A stretch of 16,574 nt of DNA from an uncultured Deinococcales bacterium (GTDB lineage Bacteria; Deinococcota; Deinococci; Deinococcales; JAAFIG01). Position numbers and translations under genes: made by a program. The notes beneath the pieces are model-generated. The model was not told the DNA's origin. It worked only from the letters and a program-made list of their open reading frames with translations, and searched no databases. This document shows, piece after piece, positions 1 to 6,489 of this stretch. How positions within the stretch are numbered: the first letter of the stretch is position 1; every line of letters begins with the position of its first letter. The stretch covers positions 1-16,574 of the forward strand of contig CAXTKV010000117.1 in the NCBI GenBank assembly GCA_964244895.1, given 5' to 3'.

Positions 1-318
1 CCGCCCGCGCAGGCCTTTCTTCAGGCCGTACCAACCGCCGACCGGGTTGTCACTGGATCTTCCCCACGCTTCCACGGTCCCGTCGCTGGCGGGTTTCTGC
101 TCGTCCGTGCCGCCCAACGGCATCCAGTCGCCGTGCGCTTTGAGCATCGCGTGCAAGTCCTCGAGACACCGCAGGTCGTAGCGAAGCTCGGTCTTGCCGA
201 CCACGCAGATCAGGATTGGCGGGTTCGCGGTCTCGTCGCGGTACATCTGGTATTCGGATGTACCGCTGGCTGTTTTGAGTTGCCACGGGTGATCTTTCGT
301 GCCTTCGCCTTTTGCCAC
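1..318 (-). CDS. DUF6855-like conserved hypothetical protein, 3' end outside the window
   Basis: Absent from the ORF track because it runs off the edge. GTG at 318 is preceded by GGGAGGA just after the aminotransferase stop. Hand translation MAKGEGTKDHPWQLKTASGTSEYQMYRDE...TVEAWGRSSDNPVGGWYGLKKGLRGR is open to base 1. The family is recognised from memory of the WGRSxDNPVGGWYGL motif. Confidence 0.8.
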   Translation of the reverse strand, partial: MAKGEGTKDHPWQLKTASGTSEYQMYRDETANPPILICVVGKTELRYDLRCLEDLHAMLKAHGDWMPLGGTDEQKPASDGTVEAWGRSSDNPVGGWYGLKKGLRGR

Positions 319-327
319 GGTCCTCCC

Positions 328-1713
328 TTACGCGAACGGTGTCGTCTCGAGGGCTTTCCTGAAGACCTCGAGCCCGGCTTTGGCCTCTTCCTCCGTCAGG
401 ATCAATGGCGGCGCGAATCGGATCGTGCTCGCGCCGCACGGCAGGGTCAGCAAGCCCATCTCGAAGGCCGTGTACGCCAGGGCGTCGCGGTAGTGCGCTT
501 TGGGTTCCATACCTATCGGGTCGGCGAATTCCAGCCCGATAAATAAACCCTTGCCGCGCACGTCCACCAGTTGCGGGTACTCGAGTTGGAGCGCGCGCAA
601 TCCGTCCATCAGCACGTTCCCGACGCGTTGCGCGTTGGCGATCAATCCGTGACCGCAATCGTGGTCGGGGCCGCAGGTGCAGTTCGGGCAGGTGTCGGCT
701 TCGGTGCCGATCAGCAGGTCGATCGTGGCGTTGGCGGCGGCGGTCGCGACCGGGTTGCCGCCGAAGGTGCTGCCGTGCGCGCCGACGGGCCACTGCATGA
801 TTTCCGATCTGGCCAGCATCGCGCCCAACGGCAGGCCGCTGGCGAGTCCCTTGGCGACGGCGATGATGTCGGGACGGATGCTGGAGTATTGGTACGCGAA
901 GAACTTGCCGGTGCGCCCCATGCCGGTCTGGACTTCGTCCAGAATCAGCAGCATCCCGTGGCGGTCGCAGAGTTCGCGCACGGCGGGCAAAAAATCATCG
1001 GGCGGCACGATGTACCCACCCTCGCCCTGCATGGGTTCCAGGATGATCGCGGCGACCTCGTCGGGGCTGATGACGTGGTGGAAAACGTTGTGCTCCAGGT
1101 AGTCCAGCACGGCCTTCCCGCAAGTTTCGGGCGTGCTGTTGAACGGTGGTCGGAACGGGTTCGGGTATGGGATGTGCGTGACGTTCGGCAGCGTGCCGAA
1201 GCCTTTGCGGTAGATGGCTTTGCTGGCCGTCAGCGCCAGCGCGCCCGTGGTGCGCCCGTGGAACGATCCGGTGGTGGAAATCACGTGCGATCTGCCCGTG
1301 GCGTGCCGGGCGAGCTTGACGGCGGCCTCGACGGCTTCCGCGCCGGAATTGCCGAAGAACGCGCGGTAACCGCCGCCCGCCAGGGCCGACAGGCGCTCCG
1401 CCAGCCGCGTCGTCTCGAGCTGCGGGAAATCCGCCAGGCAGATGTGCATGTAGCGCCCGGCCTGATCCTGGACGGCCTTGGTGACGTGCGGGTGGTTGTA
1501 ACCGGTGGTGCTGACCGCGATTCCAGCCATGAAATCCAGGAATTCGTTGCCGTCGATGTCCGTCAGCCAGACGCCGTTGCCGTGGCTCGGCACGAGCGGG
1601 TACGGGCGCGGGTAGCTGGGGCTCATGACGGCCTTGTCGCGTTCCAGGGCGATCTTGGCGCGTTCACCGGGCAGGCTGGTGCGGATGCGGGGTTGGCGTG
1701 CGGTCATGGTCAT
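328..1713 (-). CDS. Class-III PLP-dependent aminotransferase (4-aminobutyrate/acetylornithine aminotransferase family)
   Basis: Motifs NSGAEAVEAA, FHGRT, EPMQGEGGY, DEVQTGMGRTG, AKGLASG (PLP Lys) and STFGGNP. Start moved from 1932 to ATG 1713 because GGAGG lies 6 nt upstream. Confidence 0.92.
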   Translation of the reverse strand: MTMTARQPRIRTSLPGERAKIALERDKAVMSPSYPRPYPLVPSHGNGVWLTDIDGNEFLDFMAGIAVSTTGYNHPHVTKAVQDQAGRYMHICLADFPQLETTRLAERLSALAGGGYRAFFGNSGAEAVEAAVKLARHATGRSHVISTTGSFHGRTTGALALTASKAIYRKGFGTLPNVTHIPYPNPFRPPFNSTPETCGKAVLDYLEHNVFHHVISPDEVAAIILEPMQGEGGYIVPPDDFLPAVRELCDRHGMLLILDEVQTGMGRTGKFFAYQYSSIRPDIIAVAKGLASGLPLGAMLARSEIMQWPVGAHGSTFGGNPVATAAANATIDLLIGTEADTCPNCTCGPDHDCGHGLIANAQRVGNVLMDGLRALQLEYPQLVDVRGKGLFIGLEFADPIGMEPKAHYRDALAYTAFEMGLLTLPCGASTIRFAPPLILTEEEAKAGLEVFRKALETTPFA

Positions 1714-1762
1714 GAGCGGCCTCCGGGACTCGAGGACGCATCTGGGCGTCTCGAGGGTGCTG

Positions 1763-1930
1763 TCCGAGCGGGGGAAACCCCCAGTCCACAGGCGCGATGT
1801 GCCTTTCATGTCGGAATCCTGGCTGAACTTCAGTTGGTGGATCGCGCGGGGTGAGGGTGTGCGCGAAACGATTCCGCCAGGTTCCGACTTCCAGGTACTG
1901 CACCGTCTCACGGGCCAAGCTCGGAGGCCC
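1763..1930. ncRNA. Candidate structured RNA (5' leader of the aminotransferase, or an independent ncRNA)
   Basis: Nested complementary segments 1763-1769/1919-1925, 1799-1804/1893-1898, 1810-1823/1876-1888 and 1842-1847/1861-1866, plus hairpin GGGGG-AAA-CCCCC at 1770-1782. A possible -10 TAGACT lies on the minus strand at 1965-1960. Confidence 0.4.
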
Positions 1931-2010
1931 ATACGCGTTTGACGAAGATCGACCCCTCGAGTCTAGCCGATGGGTTCATCCACGGCGTGAGATTTGGTGC
2001 GCCGAACGGG

Positions 2011-2068
2011 GAGCACCGTCCAGCACGCGAATTTACCGGTACTGGCTCTGGCGTGCTGGATGGTGTTC
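2011..2068. repeat. Palindromic repeat family 1 (CACCGTCC...GGACGGTG)
   Basis: GAGCACCGTCCAGCACGC (2011-2028) pairs with GCGTGCTGGATGGTGTTC (2051-2068), with two G-T positions. Confidence 0.85.
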
Positions 2069-2099
2069 TCGATCAAAGCCCGAGGCTCGAGCCTCACCT

Positions 2100-2726
2100 T
2101 CAGGTCGTGAGCACCTCGAAGCTCAGGTTCCAGCACAGGTGAAAAGCCACGCCTGCCCAGAGCGCGCCCGTGCGCTTCCACAACCAACCGGCGACCAGAC
2201 CCACGACCATCACGCCGATGGTGTTCTGCCCGATGGCCGCAATTGACCGACCAAACGTGATCCAGCCCGGAACGTGAATCCCGAGGAACATAACGGAGGC
2301 CATCAGGTTGGCTCGCCAGAACGGGTGATGGCGCGCGAGCATGGGCAGGAGCGCGCCGCGAAAAAGCAGCTCCTCGGGGATGGCAGCCCCGAGCGCCTGC
2401 GACCACCAGTGCGCGAGCGGTGAGGCATCGATGCGCGGGTCGCCGGTGAGCGCCCGGAACAAGAAACTGCCACTAAAATACGCGAACCCCAAACCGAAGC
2501 CGATGCCCAGGCCGCGCGCAGGATGGCGAAAACTCGAGCGCGGCACGAAGCCCAGCGCGGGCAGCACGAAGAACACCAGCTTGAGCGCGATGCCAAAAAA
2601 CTGCGACCACGGTTGACCGAGCTGGCTCTGGAGTGGGTTAAAAAGTACCAACCGAATCACCCACAACGTCAGCACCGCGCCGTACAGCGCGAATGCGAAC
2701 GCTGGATGCGAGATCGAGCGTTGCAT
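2100..2726 (-). CDS. CPBP family intramembrane metalloprotease (CAAX/Abi)
   Basis: Multiple hydrophobic helices. Motifs EELLFRG, FLGIH and HLCWN match the CPBP EExxxR / FxxxH / HxxxN signature. SD GAGGTG at 2736-2731. Confidence 0.92.
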   Translation of the reverse strand: MQRSISHPAFAFALYGAVLTLWVIRLVLFNPLQSQLGQPWSQFFGIALKLVFFVLPALGFVPRSSFRHPARGLGIGFGLGFAYFSGSFLFRALTGDPRIDASPLAHWWSQALGAAIPEELLFRGALLPMLARHHPFWRANLMASVMFLGIHVPGWITFGRSIAAIGQNTIGVMVVGLVAGWLWKRTGALWAGVAFHLCWNLSFEVLTT

Positions 2727-2731
2727 GATTC

Positions 2732-2779
2732 ACCTCGAGTCGGGGACGAAAAGTCGAAGAGATTCGTCAGGCTCGAGGC
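2732..2779 (-). promoter_or_regulatory. SD-sequestering hairpin between the RGPP small ORF and the CPBP gene
   Basis: In the mRNA, GCCUCGAG (2779-2772, within the Pro-Pro-Arg-Ala codons) pairs with CUCGAGGU (2739-2732, containing the SD). Inner stem GACGAA (2768-2763) / UUCGUC (2750-2745). Confidence 0.6.
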
Positions 2780-3081
2780 GGCCCTCTGGCGCGAGCGGTA
2801 TCGGTTCGGGTTTTGGGTGGTCGCCTGAAGGCTGTGGGGAAGCGCGGACTTTCTAGCGGTCGGTGCGGTGGCTCGAGATCGGGTGCGGGTATGGCCTCAA
2901 TGAACAGCGGCTCGAGCGGCTGGCGCGGCGGTATGGCCAGATCGAGGGTGCGTCCGACGTGCGCGGTGTCGGGCTGCGCGTGCGTTTTATGATCGTCGTG
3001 CGCGAAGGCGTCGCTGGTCGCATTGAGCGCCACCAGCGTCAGCGCGCGGATCAACCAGCGTCGCGTTTGGATCTGAATCAC
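2767..3081 (-). CDS. Small exported His-rich protein with C-terminal RGPP motif; candidate ribosome-arrest leader peptide
   Basis: GTG lies exactly 6 nt after TAGAAT (leaderless pattern). N-terminus TRRWLIRALTLVAL...AFA|HDDHKTH is signal-peptide-like, followed by a Pro-rich linker and the ending ARARGPPRA-stop. Confidence 0.7.
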   Translation of the reverse strand: MIQIQTRRWLIRALTLVALNATSDAFAHDDHKTHAQPDTAHVGRTLDLAIPPRQPLEPLFIEAIPAPDLEPPHRPLESPRFPTAFRRPPKTRTDTARARGPPRA

Positions 3082-3087
3082 ATCGGT

Positions 3088-3093
3088 ATTCTA
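3088..3093 (-). promoter_or_regulatory. -10 box TAGAAT, leaderless promoter of the RGPP ORF
   Basis: TAGAAT-accgat-GTG on the minus strand. Confidence 0.7.
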
Positions 3094-3106
3094 CGCTGGA
3101 ACCGTC

Positions 3107-3156
3107 AGAACACCGTCTGGGACGCGGTTTACAATGCACGTCCCAGACGGTGTTCT
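3107..3156. repeat. Palindromic repeat family 1, directly after the polB stop
   Basis: Perfect 18-bp inverted repeat AGAACACCGTCTGGGACG (3107-3124) / CGTCCCAGACGGTGTTCT (3139-3156). Confidence 0.9.
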
Positions 3157-3157
3157 T

Positions 3158-5497
3158 TCAGGCTGGCGCGTTCGTCTCGAGCTTCGTCCAGCGCACGCGC
3201 AATTCGTGCGTTGGCGCGTCGAACAGGCCTTCTTGCGCGCCGGATTGAAAGACCTGATTGAAGGTCTGATCGTCGAAGGCGAGTTTCAACTTGTGCGCGT
3301 AGACGCGGGTCAGCACGTCGACGTAATGCTGCGCGTCGTAATCGGTGGCGTGCTCCAAGGGGTTGAGGTCTTCCTCGTCGGCGGGCAGGGCGCGCAGCGC
3401 GCCGCCCTGAGCGCGATACCAGCGGATGCGTTCGCCGGGAAGCCAGGTTTTAGCGCTTTGCAGCATGGCCTCGTAGGGCGCTTCGCGCAGCCTGGAGCGG
3501 GATTGCGTGTACGCGTCGTGGGTCTTTTTCAACTTCGCGCGGCTCGAGACATCGCGCGCGCTGAACTGGCGCTCGCGCAATTTGCGCACCGCGTTCAGGT
3601 ACGCCTCGCGCACGCCGGGCGCGTTCCCTTCGAGCGCGGCGCGAACGGCGATCTCGAGGAAACGCTGTCCGAAGGGCTCGAAGCGGCTGGAGCGGAAGGC
3701 CACGCCGCGCAGGATCAGGTCGCCCGTTTGCGTCAGGAGCGCGTAGTTTTTCAAGTCGTGCGAGAGCATCGCGGCGTACAGCGCGTCGAATTCCAGGGTG
3801 ATGCCGTCCGGCAGGCTGTCGCTCAGGGTGTTGACGATAGAGCGCGATCTCGCCTCGTCCCAGTCTTCCGGCACGCTGAAGTACACGCCGTCCGTGTCGG
3901 CCTCGAGCAACCCCACGCCCTGCGCGCGCAGGCCGTCGATCACGGTTTGCAGGATTTCTCGTCCGGTGGCAGTGATGCGGTCGGCGGCGAAGCGATCCGC
4001 GAAGAGCGCCATCCGACCCGCCGCCAGGTAGCCGTAAGCGCTGTTGATGATCAGTTTCATGGCGGCCTGGTTCGCGTCGTGCCGCGCGAATTCGGGATCA
4101 TCCCTGGGCAAGCGTTTGGCGGCGGCCTTGTGCTCCAGGCGCTGGCGGGTCAGTTCGTCCACCAGTTCGATCAGCACGCCCAGTTCGTCGCACGCTGGGC
4201 CGATCTTGTAGGCCCGCATGATGCTCGGGTACAGGCTGGCGATGTCCGCCTTGACGACGCGCCGCGCCAGACCCTGGGCGAACAGATAGAGCGCGCCGCC
4301 CTCGTGGGGCGTCTCGAGGTAGGCGCTCTGACTCTGCGGCAGCGCGCGACCGGCACGGTGGTAGGCGCGCACCAGCATCGGTTCCAGGATGCCGGTCGCC
4401 ATGCCCGCGCTCGAGACGCGCTCATAGCGCCTGGGTGCCAGGCGCGTCAACGCGAAGCTGGCGGGCAGCAATCGCGCGGAGAGCCTGTCCACCTCGCGCA
4501 CGTCCTCTAAGGCGTAGGCCCGCACGCGATCCGGGTTGCGCGCGTACTCCTCGGCGATCTCCGCGCCCGCGATGTACACCCGGTCTTTGGCGGCCAGTCC
4601 GAAGTGCTTGGCGACATCCTTCAATCGGTGGCTGGGCAGTTCTCGGGTCACGAAATCGTGCCGCCAGACGGCGTCCAGCGTGTCGATCAGCTCGCGTCCG
4701 GGAACGCTGAACTTGTCGTTGCGGCCTTCGCGCCGCAGCAATCTGGGCGCGGGGTTCCGCCCGATCTCGAGCCTGATCCCGAGCGCGCTGGCGCGGCCTT
4801 CCAGGAAGGGCAGGTCGAAACCCACCAGGTTGTGGTTCTCTATGACGTCCGGGTCGCGCTGCTGGATGATCCGTACCAGGTCGCGGATGGCCTGGGCTTC
4901 GTCGCGCGGTTCTGGGGCTTCCAGGAGCGCCTCGAAGCCCGTGGAGTCCCGCACGGCGATCAGGATGATGCGAGAATCGCTGGCGCGGAAGCCGGTCGTC
5001 TCGAGGTCGAATTGCAACCGAACCAGATCGCGGTACTCGAGCCCCTTGAAGCAGGTTTTGCCCGTGGCGATCAGGTACTGCTCGGTCAGCCCGAGCGCGT
5101 AGTAATCCTGAAGGTCGTTCAGGCTTCTGGCCTCGCGCCCGTCGCGTTTTGCGCCTTCCATGATGGCGTTTTTGAGGTTCGTCCAGTGGCGGGTCTGAAT
5201 CAGGAATTTGAATATCCCATCCCCAGGAAGTTCCTCGTACGTGAAGGCCGCGTCGGGTTCCGCGCCAGCGAGGGTTTGTGCCTGGAGCCTCGAGCCGACG
5301 TGCCCGAGGTGCGCCAGGTGTTGGGCGTAAACCCACGGCCTGAACTGGTCGCGCTCAGTCCTGATCTGTCCGTTGACGCGCCGCCAGAGGATCGCGTTGC
5401 CGTCACCGTCGGCGTGGACGCTCACCAAACCGGTCGTGTCGTCCCAGCCCTCGAGCCAAGCGCGGCGCGTTTCGGCGTTGGCTGGCTCTGGGCGCAT
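3158..5497 (-). CDS. polB: Family-B DNA polymerase with 3'-5' exonuclease domain (Pol II-like)
   Basis: Exo I FDLETTG, Exo II NHNLVGFDLPFL, Exo III YALED. Pol motif A DIASLYPSIM, motif B KLIINSAYG, motif C ADTDG. C-terminal QEGLF clamp-binding-like motif. Start uncertain (ATG 5497, GTG 5506 or TTG 5515); TATGTT at 5512-5507 favours 5497. Confidence 0.93.
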   Translation of the reverse strand: MRPEPANAETRRAWLEGWDDTTGLVSVHADGDGNAILWRRVNGQIRTERDQFRPWVYAQHLAHLGHVGSRLQAQTLAGAEPDAAFTYEELPGDGIFKFLIQTRHWTNLKNAIMEGAKRDGREARSLNDLQDYYALGLTEQYLIATGKTCFKGLEYRDLVRLQFDLETTGFRASDSRIILIAVRDSTGFEALLEAPEPRDEAQAIRDLVRIIQQRDPDVIENHNLVGFDLPFLEGRASALGIRLEIGRNPAPRLLRREGRNDKFSVPGRELIDTLDAVWRHDFVTRELPSHRLKDVAKHFGLAAKDRVYIAGAEIAEEYARNPDRVRAYALEDVREVDRLSARLLPASFALTRLAPRRYERVSSAGMATGILEPMLVRAYHRAGRALPQSQSAYLETPHEGGALYLFAQGLARRVVKADIASLYPSIMRAYKIGPACDELGVLIELVDELTRQRLEHKAAAKRLPRDDPEFARHDANQAAMKLIINSAYGYLAAGRMALFADRFAADRITATGREILQTVIDGLRAQGVGLLEADTDGVYFSVPEDWDEARSRSIVNTLSDSLPDGITLEFDALYAAMLSHDLKNYALLTQTGDLILRGVAFRSSRFEPFGQRFLEIAVRAALEGNAPGVREAYLNAVRKLRERQFSARDVSSRAKLKKTHDAYTQSRSRLREAPYEAMLQSAKTWLPGERIRWYRAQGGALRALPADEEDLNPLEHATDYDAQHYVDVLTRVYAHKLKLAFDDQTFNQVFQSGAQEGLFDAPTHELRVRWTKLETNAPA

Positions 5498-5635
5498 TTC
5501 GCTCACAACATACAACGTGACTCAGGTTTCACTCAAGGCTGAGGCGGACAGGCGCGACGCGTTCCGCCTCGGGTGGAACGATGTCCCGAGTTCGGGTCTC
5601 GAGATTCCCAGTCTGGCCACGATTACCCTCAAGAA

Positions 5636-5679
5636 ACACCGTCCGGGACGCATGAATTAATCTGCGTCCCGGACGGTGT
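5636..5679. repeat. Palindromic repeat family 1
   Basis: Perfect 17-bp inverted repeat ACACCGTCCGGGACGCA / TGCGTCCCGGACGGTGT with a 10-nt AT-rich loop. Confidence 0.9.
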
Positions 5680-5782
5680 CCTCGAGAATGACGCCACCCG
5701 GATCGCTCGGGCCGGACTTGTATTTCTCGTGTGCTCGACGAGTAGAATCTGTTCGTCCTACAATTCAACAGGAGGTGCAAGT

Positions 5783-6115
5783 ATGGCAGGCGTGTTCGAG
5801 CTGAAAGCCACCAGCGACGGTCAATTCGTGTTCAACCTCAAAGCGGGCAACGGCGAAGTGATCCTCACCAGCGAGCATTACCAGGCCAAAGACAGCGCCA
5901 TCAACGGCATCGCGTCCGTTCAGAAGAACGCCGCCACCGACGCCAACTTTGAGCGCAAGGAGGCCAGCAACGGCGACCCGTACTTCGTGCTGAAAGCCGC
6001 CAACGCCCAGGTGATCGGGCAGAGCGAGATGTACTCGAGCGAGGCCGCCATGGAAAACGGCATCGAGTCCGTCAAGAAGAACGCACCGGACGCGACCGTC
6101 AAAGACCTGAGCTGA
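5783..6115 (+). CDS. yegP: YegP family protein (tandem DUF1508, UPF0339), 110 aa
   Basis: Two repeats, FNLKAGNGEVILTSEHY...NGIASVQKNA and FVLKAANAQVIGQSEMY...NGIESVKKNA. Strong SD AGGAGGT before ATG 5783; the ORF-track start at 5573 is too long. Confidence 0.93.
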   Translation: MAGVFELKATSDGQFVFNLKAGNGEVILTSEHYQAKDSAINGIASVQKNAATDANFERKEASNGDPYFVLKAANAQVIGQSEMYSSEAAMENGIESVKKNAPDATVKDLS

Positions 6116-6126
6116 ACGAACCCGTC

Positions 6127-6161
6127 CCGGACGGTTTCCCGCCGCAGGGGAGACCGTCCGG
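6127..6161 (+). repeat. Hairpin after yegP built from family-1-like arms in reversed arrangement; possible terminator or stabiliser
   Basis: CCGGACGGTTTCCC (6127-6140) / GGGAGACCGTCCGG (6148-6161), 14 bp with one G-U. No immediate U-tract. Confidence 0.6.
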
Positions 6162-6254
6162 TGCGGCTCTCGAGGATCGGTTTTAAGGTCAGCAGACCGT
6201 CAGGCGCGCACATATCGAAGATGTGAAGTGCTTGACGCCCAATCCTGCCCGATC

Positions 6255-6263
6255 TGCTAGAAT
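6255..6263 (+). promoter_or_regulatory. Extended -10 promoter TGcTAGAAT for the uORF-hlyC/corC-cdd unit
   Basis: TGnTAGAAT at 6255-6263. TTGACG at 6232-6237 is 20 nt upstream, a non-optimal spacing. Confidence 0.65.
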
Positions 6264-6273
6264 TGCGCGTCGT

Positions 6274-6489
6274 ATGGACGAACCTCCCAGTCGGACTGAA
6301 CCCTCAGAACCCGACAAACACCGATCCGGCCTCGCGCGCCGGGCGCTTTCATTTGGAAGGTTCGTGCGCCGGACTCGAGAAACCCGCGCGGAAGCTCGAG
6401 AACCCGATCTGGTCGTTCGTGGCGTGACCGATGTCGCCCGGACTGGCGCGTTCCAGACAGGCGCGTTAAGGGGCGCGCTCTTCGAATGA
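6274..6489 (+). CDS. Putative leader peptide (uORF) MDEPPSRTEPSEPD..., 71 aa
   Basis: ATG lies 10 nt after the -10 box. Its stop overlaps the hlyC/corC start in ATGA (6486-6489). Confidence 0.5.
   Translation: MDEPPSRTEPSEPDKHRSGLARRALSFGRFVRRTRETRAEAREPDLVVRGVTDVARTGAFQTGALRGALFE

Noticed and set aside
1790..1910. Lysine riboswitch call (GGUGC, AGUA and GAAAGG on the minus strand)
   Set aside because: The spacing is wrong and the GCCGAA and downstream helices are not evident. Kept only as an unassigned structured RNA.
571..5542. Long antisense ORFs 571..1854, 3134..4510 and 4604..5542 (also 9952..10917 and the off-frame 14352..15554)
   Set aside because: They shadow well-supported genes, have no recognisable motifs and are expected from GC-rich codon bias.
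3107..5679. polB as a mobile element bounded by two family-1 repeats
   Set aside because: The same repeats flank many unrelated genes. There is no transposase, integrase, target-site duplication or visible compositional shift.
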